The position numbers and the translations under genes are program-made. Positions 37,901-49,710 of a stretch of 64,000 nucleotides of DNA are shown in pieces. The notes under the pieces are model-generated. The model ran no database searches. It was not told the origin of the DNA and was given only the letters and a program-made list of their open reading frames with translations. This DNA comes from Tubulanus polymorphus (lineage: Eukaryota; Animalia; Nemertea): assembly GCF_964204645.1 (NCBI RefSeq), contig NC_134034.1, positions 496,001 to 560,000 of the forward strand, read 5' to 3'. Every line of letters begins with the position of its first letter. Position 1 is the stretch's first letter.

Positions 37901-40900
37901 ATAAAACCACAAAATTGAGTTTATCGTGGAACTGAACCTTTTATTTATATCTCACAAACCTTTTAAACCCTGTCTATGAAACCAGGCCCTGGTTAAGGAT
38001 TTACTTCTAGGGATAACTTTGATACCCAGTCTATAAAACCTGGTCCAGGTTACGGATTTACTCCTAGGGATTACTTTGATACCCAGTCTATAAAACCCGG
38101 CTCAGGTTAAGGATTTATCCCAAGGGGCAACTTTGATACACGGTTTACTGGTATAAACAATCATGATATATTTTGCTGTTAATCATAACTATATTGAATT
38201 GTTGAAGTCAGTTTTATTTCAGTCAGTTTTGTTTTTGCGTTCAGTTTCTCATTCATTCATCATCTCTGTGTGCGTGTGTGTGTGGGGGGGGGGGGGTCGG
38301 GCAGGACAAGTGAGGTGTTTAGTAGAATTTTCATTCTTTCAAAATCATTCTCGCGAAGGTTACGTTTTTCGACCATTTTAGAGTCACGCGGTCCGATCGA
38401 ATCTACTCTCATCACCGATAGCAACGAGGAATCTACTTTCGCCGGTAGCAACGGCATTCCCGCCGAGGAATCTACCTTCGCGAATAGTGACAACACGGTC
38501 GTCGTCGGTGATGATGAAACTGAGGATGAAATGAACAGCGTTGCCGCGATAATGAGAGACGACGAGGGTGTAAATGATGCTGAAATGGACGATGAAACTT
38601 TAAACTCATTTTCTAACGACGGATTGTTAGATTTGGCGCGTGGTATACCGTTGAGGGTACGCGCCGAGCTGCGCCAATATCGGATCACTCAGGATATACT
38701 GGCGCGCGCCGCCCTAGATAAATCACAGGGATACCTCTCCGATTTACTGCGTCGATTCACCGCCGATCGCGCGTTTAATAAGTCGACGAGGCGCCACCTG
38801 CTGGCGATCGGAGAATTCCTCGATCGGCCGGCGGAGCAGCGATGCGCGATGTACGCGGCGTGTCGCCGTGACGACCGTACTGACCCGGCGGCCATCGCTC
38901 GTAGAGAATATCGATCAACGGTAAGAGATTCACACGTAAAACCTGGGATATAAAAAACTGGGAATTTTCTCAAACATTAAATGTTTGTTTTCTCGTTGTA
39001 GCAGATGAAGAAGGTGGTGCCCCCTGGTGGTGTAACGCGGAGTATCACGGCTCACGCGGCCGCCGTTATGTCGCGGTATCTGTCAGCGACCGGTGGGGAA
39101 TCCCCGGACGAGAGGGGAATCCCCGTTATAGCAGACGCGTTGAATCTAAACCCGGCGACCGTACGGAAATATTTCGATCAATTACAATCGAAAAAATCGC
39201 AACAAATCGATGGAAATTGTGACAATCAGCAGCAGCTGGTCGCAGATGCTGAATCGACAGCTGCATCAGATGCGACCGGTTCGATTCAGTGAGATATCGA
39301 CCATTTTTTCAGAAAACTACTGATAAACTCTCGTCTATTCGGTAACCGTTGGTAACCAACAATGGTTTACTCGTTCAGTATCATATGAAATATTCTTTTA
39401 TAAGAAAAATAATCTTGTTAAACGGAAAATTGCGCTGAATAAAGTTTCAAAAATACTGAAATTTTTGCTGTTGGTTTTTTTGTTTTCCGCGGTAGAATCA
39501 TCAATTAGTTTCATATTTGTGAAAATTTATGATAAACTCAATGTTTTTAAAAACGGCTGAATTTGATTTGGTTTTATTTTTGTAGATCAAGAGAAGGAAC
39601 TGGTGGCTTTAATACCGCTTAACGATAAGAGACTGAACCCACAAACGTAAGTTCATAATGAACCAAGTGAGAAGAACCAATTAATATTCTAAAAAAACCT
39701 GCGTTAAGAACAGAAAGCTCAGTAGAGAATTGTTGAAGATCGATGATGAAATGACGGAATAATTTTGTAATTTATTTGTAGGAAATTGAAGATATTTGCT
39801 ACGATACTGGTTTGTATCCTAGCAGCCGGATTGACGATATTCTTCCTGTTTCCGCGTAGCGTTCGATTAAAATCAAACATGAAGAAATTATGGCCTGATT
39901 TCGCTAGAGTCAATGTCACCAAGAAATTCGTTCAACTCAGTTTAGAGGTGAGACAACTCTTCAAAACCCTTTTACATCATTACACCTTAACACAGTTCCA
40001 CAGTTAACCCTGAACCCAGTTCCATAGTTAACTCTGAACCCAGTTCTGCAGTTAACTCTGAACCCAGTTCCATAGTTGACCCTCAACCCAGTTCCACAGT
40101 TGACCCTTAACCCAGTTCCACAGTTGACCCTAAACCCAGTTCCACAGTTGACTCTGAACCTAGTTCCACAGTTGACTCTGAACCCAGTTCCACAGATGAC
40201 TCTGAACCTAGTTCCACAGTTGACTCTGAACCCAGTTCCACAGTTGACTCTGAACCCAGTTCCACAATTGACCCTGAACCCAGTTCCACAGTTGACCCTG
40301 AACCCATTTCCAAAAGCTGTGTCAGTTTAATTAGATTTTATCCCTTGTCTATTAGGTATGTATGGGTTTTGATGAAAGTGAGTTGAGAATGAATATGATT
40401 ATTATTGTTTGAATCAGATTTTTCAAACTGGAGTTCACACACACTCACACACACACACATGAAGGTGTATATATGGTATAATGGTATAAACCGCAGGTGG
40501 CCTCCACTCATACTCCACTCATACTACCGGCATATTGTGTACAGAATAATAATATGAATTCAATGAATGATCAGTATCTACTGTTGAACAACAGCAACAG
40601 CAGCAGGTGCAGTAGCGGTAGGTGCTGCTAGAACAACAGGTGTTATGATCAGGTCGGCATATATGGAATGACGCAATTCAAAACTCAGAAGTACCGAACA
40701 TGAGGGGGTGGGGGTGGGGGTGCAGGTTAGTTCGGCACCCCAGATGTTACTGGGGGGGGGGGTGCAGGTTAGTTCGGCACCCCAATAATTCAATTTTTAG
40801 GCTAAAAGAAATTGATACCTTGTTTCTGCTGAGTTTAAAAGTTGACCCGGCCGCGGCCGCCTATCTACCCTGCCTCTCTTATAAAATTAACAGTAATAAA

Positions 40901-43900
40901 AAAACTATCATTTTTGTTTAGCCTTAAATGGTGAATTAGAAGGTAACTTGATGACGTCATAGGTGGATTTATGGAGGCACAATCTTTTCTCAAAGTGTCT
41001 ATAGATCAAATCACTTAGTACACAATTTGATGATGTCATAGGGGGATTTATAGAGGCAGACATCTTTTCTAGAAGTGTCTATTTATCAAATCACTAGTGG
41101 ACAATTTGATGATGTCATAGGGGGATAAACTGGAGGCAGCCATCTTTTCTAGAAGTGTCTATATATCAAATCACTTAATAGACAATTTGATGATGTCATA
41201 GGGGGATTTATGGAGGCAGACATCTTTCCTGTCTTGATTGAACATCCTCGGAATAAACTCTTGTGTTTTTCATATGAAGGGTTTTTTATTATATAATAAT
41301 TCACAAAAAACGTGTCACTTTATTTTACATGTGATTATAGCACATTGATATTCGTATTAAATATACGCGGTTATAATTTATACAAATCTCACCTTATTTT
41401 CACTTGGACCTGCGAATGCGGGGGTTACATGCTCTTACTGCAGGTGTCGTGCTCTATTTAAACCAGGTTAATCCCAGTCGGATTGCGTAGGCTTAAATCG
41501 AGGCAGCTAACATTCGATACTGTATTTTACAAAAATATCATTGACCCAGTTCCACAGTTGACCCTGAACCCAGTTCCACAGTTTACTCTGAACCCAGTTC
41601 CACGGTTAACTCTGAACCCAGTTCAACAGTTAACTCTGAACCCAGTTCCACGGTTTACTCTGAACCTAGTTCCCCCACAGTTAACACTGAACCCCGTGGA
41701 GAGAGGGGGGAAGGGGGGGTTGTCAGTAATAAGGTGAACAATCTGTAACTAATGCTGAAAGTTGATTCATGATTTCTCCGTATATTTTCACCGGTTGTTT
41801 ATAAACGCTGCCGCGACCATATCGACTACCGGCGCCACCTGTAACGCCGCTCGGCTCGTCGTTTATTAAATGTTGGCAGATCGCCAGCAGTCGTTCTTCC
41901 ATCAGTCGTTTTTCTCGTTTCGGTTTGGTATTACGCGATCGCGTGCGTTTATTAGCGAACCATTGTTTAACCTGCGCCGTGGTTACGCGACCGACGCGCG
42001 CCATCTCTTCGCGCTCGGCGTCGCTCGGATACGGCGCGTCGATGTTCGCGTTGTACCAGTCGTTCATCGCGTCGATCGCGGCTGTCGTTAGTTTGCGCGA
42101 CGACCTGGTCGACTGGTCGCAGCCGGTCGACTGGTCGCGTTGCTCGGTAACTAATTGTTGTAATAGACTCAAACTGCGTCGAACGCGTCTCGTTAAATGT
42201 AAAAGTTGCCGATCGTAAAACTCGTTTAGATGATACATCTCTACGTCGAGGTCCGGGCCGGTCTGTTGAGTTTCCACAGCGACGGTAACTGCGTTATGAC
42301 GGTCGACCTCGGTTACGGTAGTCTGTGTATTATAGAATGTTTCTAATTCTCGAACTCTCGTCGAGTCGTCGTCGTTTAAACGCGTCACGTTCCGGAACTC
42401 GTTTCGTAATTCCGTCGTTTCGATCGTCAATCGCGTCGTTAAATCAATCGCATTGTCGTCGTCGCCTAGCAACGACATCGAATACGGCATGTTCGGCGCC
42501 GCCTGGTGGCCGATTTGTAAACACTCTTCAGCGAGCGTAGCTTTTAGTTCGGGGAACATCGGATTATTGGTAAGTTTGACCAGTGATTCGATATTACTGG
42601 TCGAACTGGTCGATTCAGTCGATGAGTCAATGACTCCGGCAGTGTCTCCTGCTGTGACTCCAGCAGTGACACCAGCAGTGACTCCAGCAGTCTCCTCTTG
42701 TTTCGTAACTATCAACGCCATTGGTAGAAGATCTTTTTTTCGAATTCGGACACAATTTTTATGTTCAAGAAATCTGTCGATGTCCTCGCCCTCGCGTGAT
42801 GCTAGATTTTTATTCTCGTGAAATCTTTTCAGTTGCTGCGTCACACGTGCCTGTAAACAGAGGAGTCATCTTATCAAATTTCGGGTTATTACAGGGTCCC
42901 TACGACTCCTTAATTCCTTAAATACTCCCTCTAATTGGAAAATGCTTTTTAAGACCTGCTTCAACTTGGGTCAAATTTCAGAAACTCCTTCAATTTTGAG
43001 ATAGGCAATTAGAAGTTGTGTCTAGTTTGTAGTTGTGCAATAAACTACACCTAAATCGGTACAGTTACCAAATTAGAAACCAAACATCTCAAACGTCGTT
43101 AGATAAAAATTGCTCACAAAACCACTGAATTAATGGTTTATCAAGAAAAACAGTATCAATTTAGGCAGAGTGCAGTAATTGGGATATGAAAGTGATGCAG
43201 ACGCTTCCTCAAAAAATGTCCTCATTTGAAACTCCTTGAAAAACTGTTTATATGCAGGAATGAATGATCTGCAGGTATCGTGTATCGTCCACAGAAACTG
43301 TGTTCACGATCAAATAAAATTCACACAATTCTAACTCAGGCTATCGAGATTTGAATCGATTAAATTCAGCGTACCTTTAAACCTGCACTAGATGCGACCT
43401 CTCACAGAATGTTGATTTCTCGAACTGTTGAAGATTAAATGATGATACATCAGTCTCTGCGTGGTGTGTTTATATTGCTGATGAGTTCATATCGACTAAT
43501 TAGTAATCAGTCAATTAATTAATTAGTTTTTAATTGTTGTTTACGTGGTGTCAATTTGTAGTCACAGCGCGATGACACTGCGTGTATTGTCAGTCAGGGT
43601 CGCGGCCCGTAAAAACATTCATTTCATACAATTCAAATTAGTCTCGATGTTTTGAACGCAGTCTAGACCAGACCGAATTATCAGACGTATTTAGAAACAA
43701 GGGACGTCTGCTTATAATTGACCTTCACCTTCAATGTCAATAGCAGACGTGATATTTTTAGTGAAATTTTATGTCTGATTATGATTTGATTTTCAAGAAT
43801 TAATTTTTTTTTTTTTAAGAAATAGAATAAAGAAAATTAAAATAATGTATTGCGACGTTGATCTATAATGAAATGAACGAAGGGGGATATCTCAATAAAA

Positions 43901-46712
43901 CTGGTGTTTTTCGCAGTCATATCATGTTTTTGAAGCCATTGAAGTAAATTTGTTGTGGCAAAAATCAGCAATTGGCCGCAGCAATCTAAAATTGCTTCCA
44001 AAATGGCAGAAAAATCTGACAAATCACTGATTATTTTGTGTTTGGTTTTAAGTTGCGCTTTAAGTAACTATTCTAAAAACAGAGTGTCACCCGGAACGCA
44101 CTATAGGGTAATAACTGACACCTCTGTTTTCTTATTGATTGATTCGTTAAGACAGAACTAATTAACATAATCAAATCAATAGCTGATTTAATTACCATTT
44201 GAAATATTCAAACCAATCAATTAACTTGTTGACTGTGTGCAATTTAATTAGGTGTGTTGAGCTGTGTAAACACTTGGAACCCCAGCTCCACGGGTTGTAG
44301 GTTAATGTTTGACTCAATAAGTTCATTTCAATTATTGTAACTCTACAGTCAACTGTGGAACTGGGTCTAGAACTGTGGAACTGGGTCTAGAATAGTGGAA
44401 CTGGGTCTAGAACTGTGGAACTGGTTCCTAAACTGTGGAACTGGGTCCAGAACTGTGGAACTGGTTCCTGAACTGTGGAACTGGTTCCTAAACTGTGGAA
44501 CTGGGTCCAGAACTGTGGAACTGAGTCTAGAACTGTGGAACTGGATCCTGAACTGTGGAACTGGATCTAGAACTGTGGAACTGGGTCTAGAACTGTGGAA
44601 ACTGGGTCTAGAACTGTGGAACTGGGTCTAGAACTGTGGAACTGGGTCTAGAACTGTGGAACTGGGTCTAGAACTGTGGAACTGAGTCTAGAACTGTGGA
44701 ACTGAGTCTAGAACTGTGGAACTGGGTCTAGAACTGTGGAACTGGATCCAGAACTGTGGAACTGGGTCCAGAACTGTGGAACTGGGTCCAGAACTGTGGA
44801 ACTGGGTCTAGAACTGTGGAAATGGGTCTAGAACTGTGGAACTGAGTCTAGAACTGTGGAACAGAGTCTAGAACTGTGGAACAGAGTCTAGAACTGTGGA
44901 ACAAAGTCTAGAACTGTGGAACTGGGTCTAGAACTGTGGAACTGGGTCTAGAACTGTGGAAATGGGTCTAGAACTGTGGAACTGAGTCCAGAACTGTGGA
45001 ACTGGGTCCAGAACTGTGGAACTGGGTCTAGAACTGTGGAACTGGGTCTAGAACTGTGGAACTGGGTCTAGAACTGTGGAACTGGGTCTAGAACTGTGGA
45101 ACAGAGTCTAGAACTGTGGAACTGGGTCTAGAACTGTGGAACTGGGTCTAGAACTGTGGAACAGAGTCTAGAACTGTGGAACTGGGTCTAGAACTGTGGA
45201 ACTGGATCCAGAACTGCGGAACTGGGTCCAGAACTGTGGAACTGGGTCCAGTACTGTGGAACCGGGTACAGAACTGTGGACACTGGATCCAGAACTGTGG
45301 AACTGGGTCTAGAACTGTGGAACAGAGTCTAGAACTGTGGAACTGGGTCTAGAACTGTGGAACTGGGTCTAGAACTGTGGAACAGAGTCTAGAACTGTGG
45401 AACTGGGTCTAGAACTGTGGAACTGGATCCAGAACTGCGGAACTGGGTCTAGAACTGTGGAACTGGGTCCAGAACTGTGGAACTGGGTCCAGAACTGTGG
45501 AACTGGGTCCAGTACTGTGGAACCGGGTACAGAACTGTGGACACTGGATCCAGAACTGTGGAACTGGGTCTAGAACTGTGGAACTGGGTCTAAAAGTGTG
45601 GATCCAGAACCTTGGAACTGAATCCAGGACTGTGGAACTGGGTCTAGAACTGTGGAACTGGGTCTAAAAGTGTGGATCCAGAACCATGGAACTGGATCCA
45701 GGACTGTGGAACTGGATCCAGAACCATGGAACTAGGTTCTGAACTGTGGAACTGGGTCCTGAACTGTTGATCTTGGTCGATTGTCAAGATTAAAGGTGTA
45801 TAATAAATTTGTTCTGAAACCTGTTTCTGATATTTCTGTATTTCTATATTTCAGAATCGAGTGAATGTAACGAATCAGAATTTCTACGCAATCGCGATCA
45901 ATAACGTTGAACTTCAGGCGATGTACGATATGAGAATCATGAAAAAAGTTCAGAATACGACGAAAGTCTCGATTCCGATGAGGAATCAACTTCAATATTC
46001 GATCAGAATCAATATCACGTTCGAAGAAGAAGAAGGATACATCGCGTAGGTTTCAATAATTATAATTATAATAATCATAGAAATAATACTGATTATGTTA
46101 ATTACGCAAGTATGAAATAAACATGAACTGATAGAATAGTAATTTAAAAACACTTTGAGAAAAAATATTTACAAAAGTTTGTAATATTTTACGAGTGACT
46201 TATGAAGAAATTTGTCTAATTTTCAGTTCTTTCAATTCGATTTGAAATTGATGAATTTTTATTTATTTTTATAGGGAATTTTGTGCTTTCAAGAGTCAAT
46301 GGGTTTCTCAAATATTCATGCAGTTTGTGTAAGTATAAACATTAGAAAAATATGATAAAGTCGCCACCCTGTTAGAAATCTCTTTAAGACAGGTCTTATA
46401 TTATTAAATTGGGTTTTGAACCAAGATGGTTTTAAATCTAAGCCTTACTGTGCAACTTGACCGAAGACATGAATTTTCAAAATCTAGAATTTTAAAATCT
46501 ATTTCTCTTTTCGTAGATGGATGATTGATACGAGTTATTTAGGTCACACGGAGCAAGTGACTCTAACGACGTATCAACACGTGAGCTGTGCGCCGATATC
46601 ACGCCATAAAAACACCACCGTCACCGCCGCAAAACAAAAACAACAATCAAAAACTGTCGCTGCTGGCAACAAAAATAAAATTACAGCGAAAAAAACCGAC
46701 GTACAGCGATGA
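34908..46712 (+). CDS. TMEM106: Transmembrane protein 106 family (TMEM106B-like) with two alternative first coding exons
   Basis: Exon 1a 34908-35199 (CPTCRGTGKIPK), exon 1b 37572-37809 (CPTCHGKGYVRK), then 39586-39646 (QEKELVALIPLNDKRL), 39782-39947 (TM helix, FFLFPRS), 45856-46045 (NVTNQNFY), 46275-46328, 46517-46712 (SYLGHTEQ). Confidence 0.9.
38382..39292 (+). CDS. CUT-class homeobox gene with SATB-type CUT domain and divergent homeodomain, nested in a TMEM106 intron
   Basis: Exon 38382-38920 encodes VRAELRQYRITQDILARAALDKSQGYLSDLLR...LLAIGEFLDRPAEQRCAMY (SATB CUT pattern). It splices in phase 0 (GTAAGA...CAG) to 39005-39292 encoding ITAHAAAVMSRYL...PDERGIPVIADALNLNPATVRKYF (SATB/Compass-like homeodomain). 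Start uncertain; first in-frame ATG at 38531. Confidence 0.75.
41723..42721 (-). CDS. TALE-class homeobox protein, spiralian-specific (SPILE/PADRE-type), antisense in a TMEM106 intron, 332 aa
   Basis: Homeodomain RKLTTAAIDAMNDWYNANIDAPYPSDAEREEMARVGRVTTAQVKQWFANKRTR (PYP loop, WFANKR). Upstream helical block LETFY...EVDRH...LNEFYDRQLLHLTRRVRRSLSLL resembles PADRE. ATG 42721; acceptor at 42851-42852, donor at 43374, TATA-like near 43472. Confidence 0.85.
   Translation of the reverse strand: MALIVTKQEETAGVTAGVTAGVTAGDTAGVIDSSTESTSSTSNIESLVKLTNNPMFPELKATLAEECLQIGHQAAPNMPYSMSLLGDDDNAIDLTTRLTIETTELRNEFRNVTRLNDDDSTRVRELETFYNTQTTVTEVDRHNAVTVAVETQQTGPDLDVEMYHLNEFYDRQLLHLTRRVRRSLSLLQQLVTEQRDQSTGCDQSTRSSRKLTTAAIDAMNDWYNANIDAPYPSDAEREEMARVGRVTTAQVKQWFANKRTRSRNTKPKREKRLMEERLLAICQHLINDEPSGVTGGAGSRYGRGSVYKQPVKIYGEIMNQLSALVTDCSPYY
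44351..45770. repeat. 20-bp minisatellite, about 70 copies
   Basis: GAACTGTGGAACTGGGTCTA; related arrays at 28765-28920, 35417-35790 and, in reverse with a 21-bp unit, 39995-40310 and 41540-41695. Confidence 0.95.
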
Positions 46713-47407
46713 GATCGGGTTGAGTTTAGATTCATCGAAAAAAATCGAAACTCTAAAAACTTTCGCAGATCGGAACTACAGCGATATGTGGTGGATATGT
46801 TAACAACGCGGAATTGTTCGTAGTGGATATGTTAAAAACGTGGAACCATTCATTCGTACTGTGGATTGATAAAAAATGTTTGTACATAATGGAGGATATA
46901 TTAAAAAGACTGCCGGTGAAACCGCAATCCACAATCCGTATTTTAGTGGAAACTCGCGAGTTTTTGTATGAAGATGAAAATGAGATTGTTGGATAAAACA
47001 ATCAAAACTAAGGCTTTAAAACCGATCTGAATTAATCAGATCGGTTTATAATGGACCTCTTTACATAAACTTAACTCCAAGGGACTTTCATATAAGACTG
47101 AACCGCGTGGCTGGTGTTCAGGCTGAACCGCGTGGCTGGTTCTGTAGAACCAAGTCTGCGGTTCAATGTTAGCTGCTTATTCATACTTATTTATCAACCT
47201 TGTGAATAAATATAATTTTTGTGTAATTTGTAAATAAGTTATAGGCCTCTCGTAGGTATTATGATGTATTACTATGTATACCTCTATTTGTCTTGACCTA
47301 AGTTCCTTTAAGCCAGGCCCAGCGTCTTAAACCCAGGCCCTGCGTTTATTTCTATGATAATGTTGCTATTAATATTTGACTGTGATTATGAATTGTCAAC
47401 CCACCTG

Positions 47408-47610
47408 ACTGTGAGACCTCACTGTGAGACCTCGCTGTGAGACCTCACTGTAAGACCTCACTACGAGACCTCACTGCGAGACCTCACTGTGAGACCTCAC
47501 TACGAGACCTCACTACGAGACCTCACTGTGAGACCTCACTACGAGACCTCACTACGATACTTCACTGTGAGACCTCACTACGAGACCTCACTGTGAGACC
47601 TCACTTTGAG
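47408..47610. repeat. 12-bp minisatellite
   Basis: GAGACCTCACTGT/AC-type unit. Confidence 0.9.
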
Positions 47611-48579
47611 TTAGCTTTAATGAATATTTTCTCTTTTGAATCTCAGCAGACCATTCACTGAAAAAATGATTCTAATGAATCTGCATCCTGCTATCCTGCT
47701 ATCCTGCATCCCGCATCCTGCAATCTTCCCCCTTCAGACAATCACCAGTGTAGTTGTTTGGATTGTGTTGATTTAAATGTCGCTATCTTTCAACTGCCGA
47801 AACGCGTCAAGATTTTCAAATAATTAAAGACATTCTAATATTTATACAATGTATGATCATCTAGTTGTTTTAAATAAATTTACAGACCTTGTTTATAGAA
47901 GGTCAGTAGATTATTAAACAGTATGAATTATAAAAAAACTTTACTAGTGTTCCAGTCGAGGTTTTAGAGGGACGTGGCCACCCCTTTCATTTTTACATCC
48001 CCCCTCAGCCAAAAATCAGCCACAGCGAAAATCAGCCACAGCTTATAAAATATCTGCTGCCCAAACCAGAATGGATGTCAGTATTTTATCAATGCTGATT
48101 ATTGCTTTGAATTGAAATATATTGAGCTAATGTGAAATAGAAGATTACTCCAAAATTAAGCTTCAAATTTCTGTATTTTTTTGTGGGGATTGAAAGCCTT
48201 GCTACTTTAACAGCCACAATGTCATACACTTACTGTATCAATGAATGCAGCCCCCTTTTTAAATTCCAGCATATAGTGAAAATTGATTACTGATTTAAAT
48301 CATTAATTATTTAACTGATTACACTCTGAGGAACTGGAATTGAAAACGTGTCTACGCTAAAAAGCTTCATTGCATGAATTTGTGGAAAGTTAGGGCTTTC
48401 AAGACGTCATCTATGCAATTTAGAAATATTGTATTGTATAAAGTATTAAACCGTAAACTATCTATTATTGTGTACAACAGTTAGGAAATCTACCTACATC
48501 AGGATCCAGTTTAACAGTCATGGCTTAGATTAATTAAAACCATATACAACTTAAAACAAGTCTCGGACTCAGTTGTGAA

Positions 48580-48932
48580 CAACTTAAGACCAGTTTAAGC
48601 TCATTTTAGTTCTATAACCAATCTAATAACTTCAGACCAGTCTAAGTTCATTTTGGTTCTATAACCAATCTAACAACTTAAAACCGGTCTAAGCTCATTT
48701 TAGTTCTATAACCAATCTAACAACTTAAGACCAGTTTAAGCTCATTTTGGTTCTATAGCTGATCTAACAACTTAAGACCGGTCTAAGCTCATTTTGGTTC
48801 TAAAACCAATCTAACAACTACTCAAGACCAGTTTAAGCTCATTTTGGTTCTATAGCTGATCTAACAACTTAAGACCGGTCTAAGCTCATTTTGGTTCTAT
48901 AACCAATCTAACAACTTAAGACCAGTCTAAGA
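48580..48932. repeat. About 47-bp tandem repeat
   Basis: AACTTAAGACCAGTTTAAGCTCATTTTGGTTCTATAACCAATCTAAC unit. Confidence 0.88.
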
Positions 48933-49499
48933 CCATCTATGTTGTATAGCTTATCTAAAACTTAAGACAAGTCTTGAAATTTATTGACCACTTTTGAACT
49001 TCAAAGTCTGGCCTGTGAAAGTCAAAATCTTGGTTCCACCTGGTTCCACAGTTCTAGTCAAATTTAGCTGATATATTTTTCTGAAATACTCATAGAGAAC
49101 TGTGGAACCAGGAGGAACTGTGCGGAACAGTTGTGGATAGGTCAGAATTGAATCATTTCTCTTTGAGTCAACAGCATTTCAACTGGTTCCGTCAATTATC
49201 GAATAATATGTTTAAATCTATGTTAAATAAATTACTTGGAAAACGAATTTTTATTTTTGATTTGTTTTCGGCGTTATTTTCTCTATTGAGGAGCCGAGCA
49301 CCCATTACGATACTTGTGCTGCTTATTAAATCAAGATGGATTTGAATCTCTCCTAGGAAATAAACTCTGTATTCTAGCCGCTATGTGAGTGCACAATCAT
49401 TACTGTGAATATCTGTGAGAAATTTGATATTCTTCTTATTTCGAAAATTGCCAGATGCGGAATTAACTGCATTTGAAATCCGTGAAACAGGTCGGTCAT

Positions 49500-49710
49500 A
49501 GTTGACAACCAGTATCACCACGCCTGAATGGACACCAGTCACCAGACTGACTGGTCATTGGGTCACCACACACTGGGTTGGCCACCACTGGTCTATGGTC
49601 TAGTGGTTAGCATGCCCGGCTGGCATGCTGGAGGTCGCTGGTTCGAATCCTGCTAGGGTTAGGGTTACGAACATTAATTAGGGTTAGGGTTAATTAGGGT
49701 TAGGGTTAAC
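49500..49710 (+). repeat. tRNA-like element with TTAGGG tail
   Basis: A box TGGTCTAGTGG at 49596, B box GGTTCGAATCC at 49640, then TAGGGTTAGGGTT three times. Confidence 0.6.

Noticed and set aside
43375-43450. Coding first exon for the TALE gene
   Set aside because: In-frame stops and an out-of-frame ATG; treated as 5' UTR.
44351-45770. CRISPR-like regular repeats
   Set aside because: Head-to-tail minisatellite without unique spacers, eukaryotic context, no cas genes.
49586-49660. Functional tRNA gene (also 7322-7395 and 29470-29545)
   Set aside because: A and B boxes are present but acceptor stems do not pair and TTAGGG follows directly.
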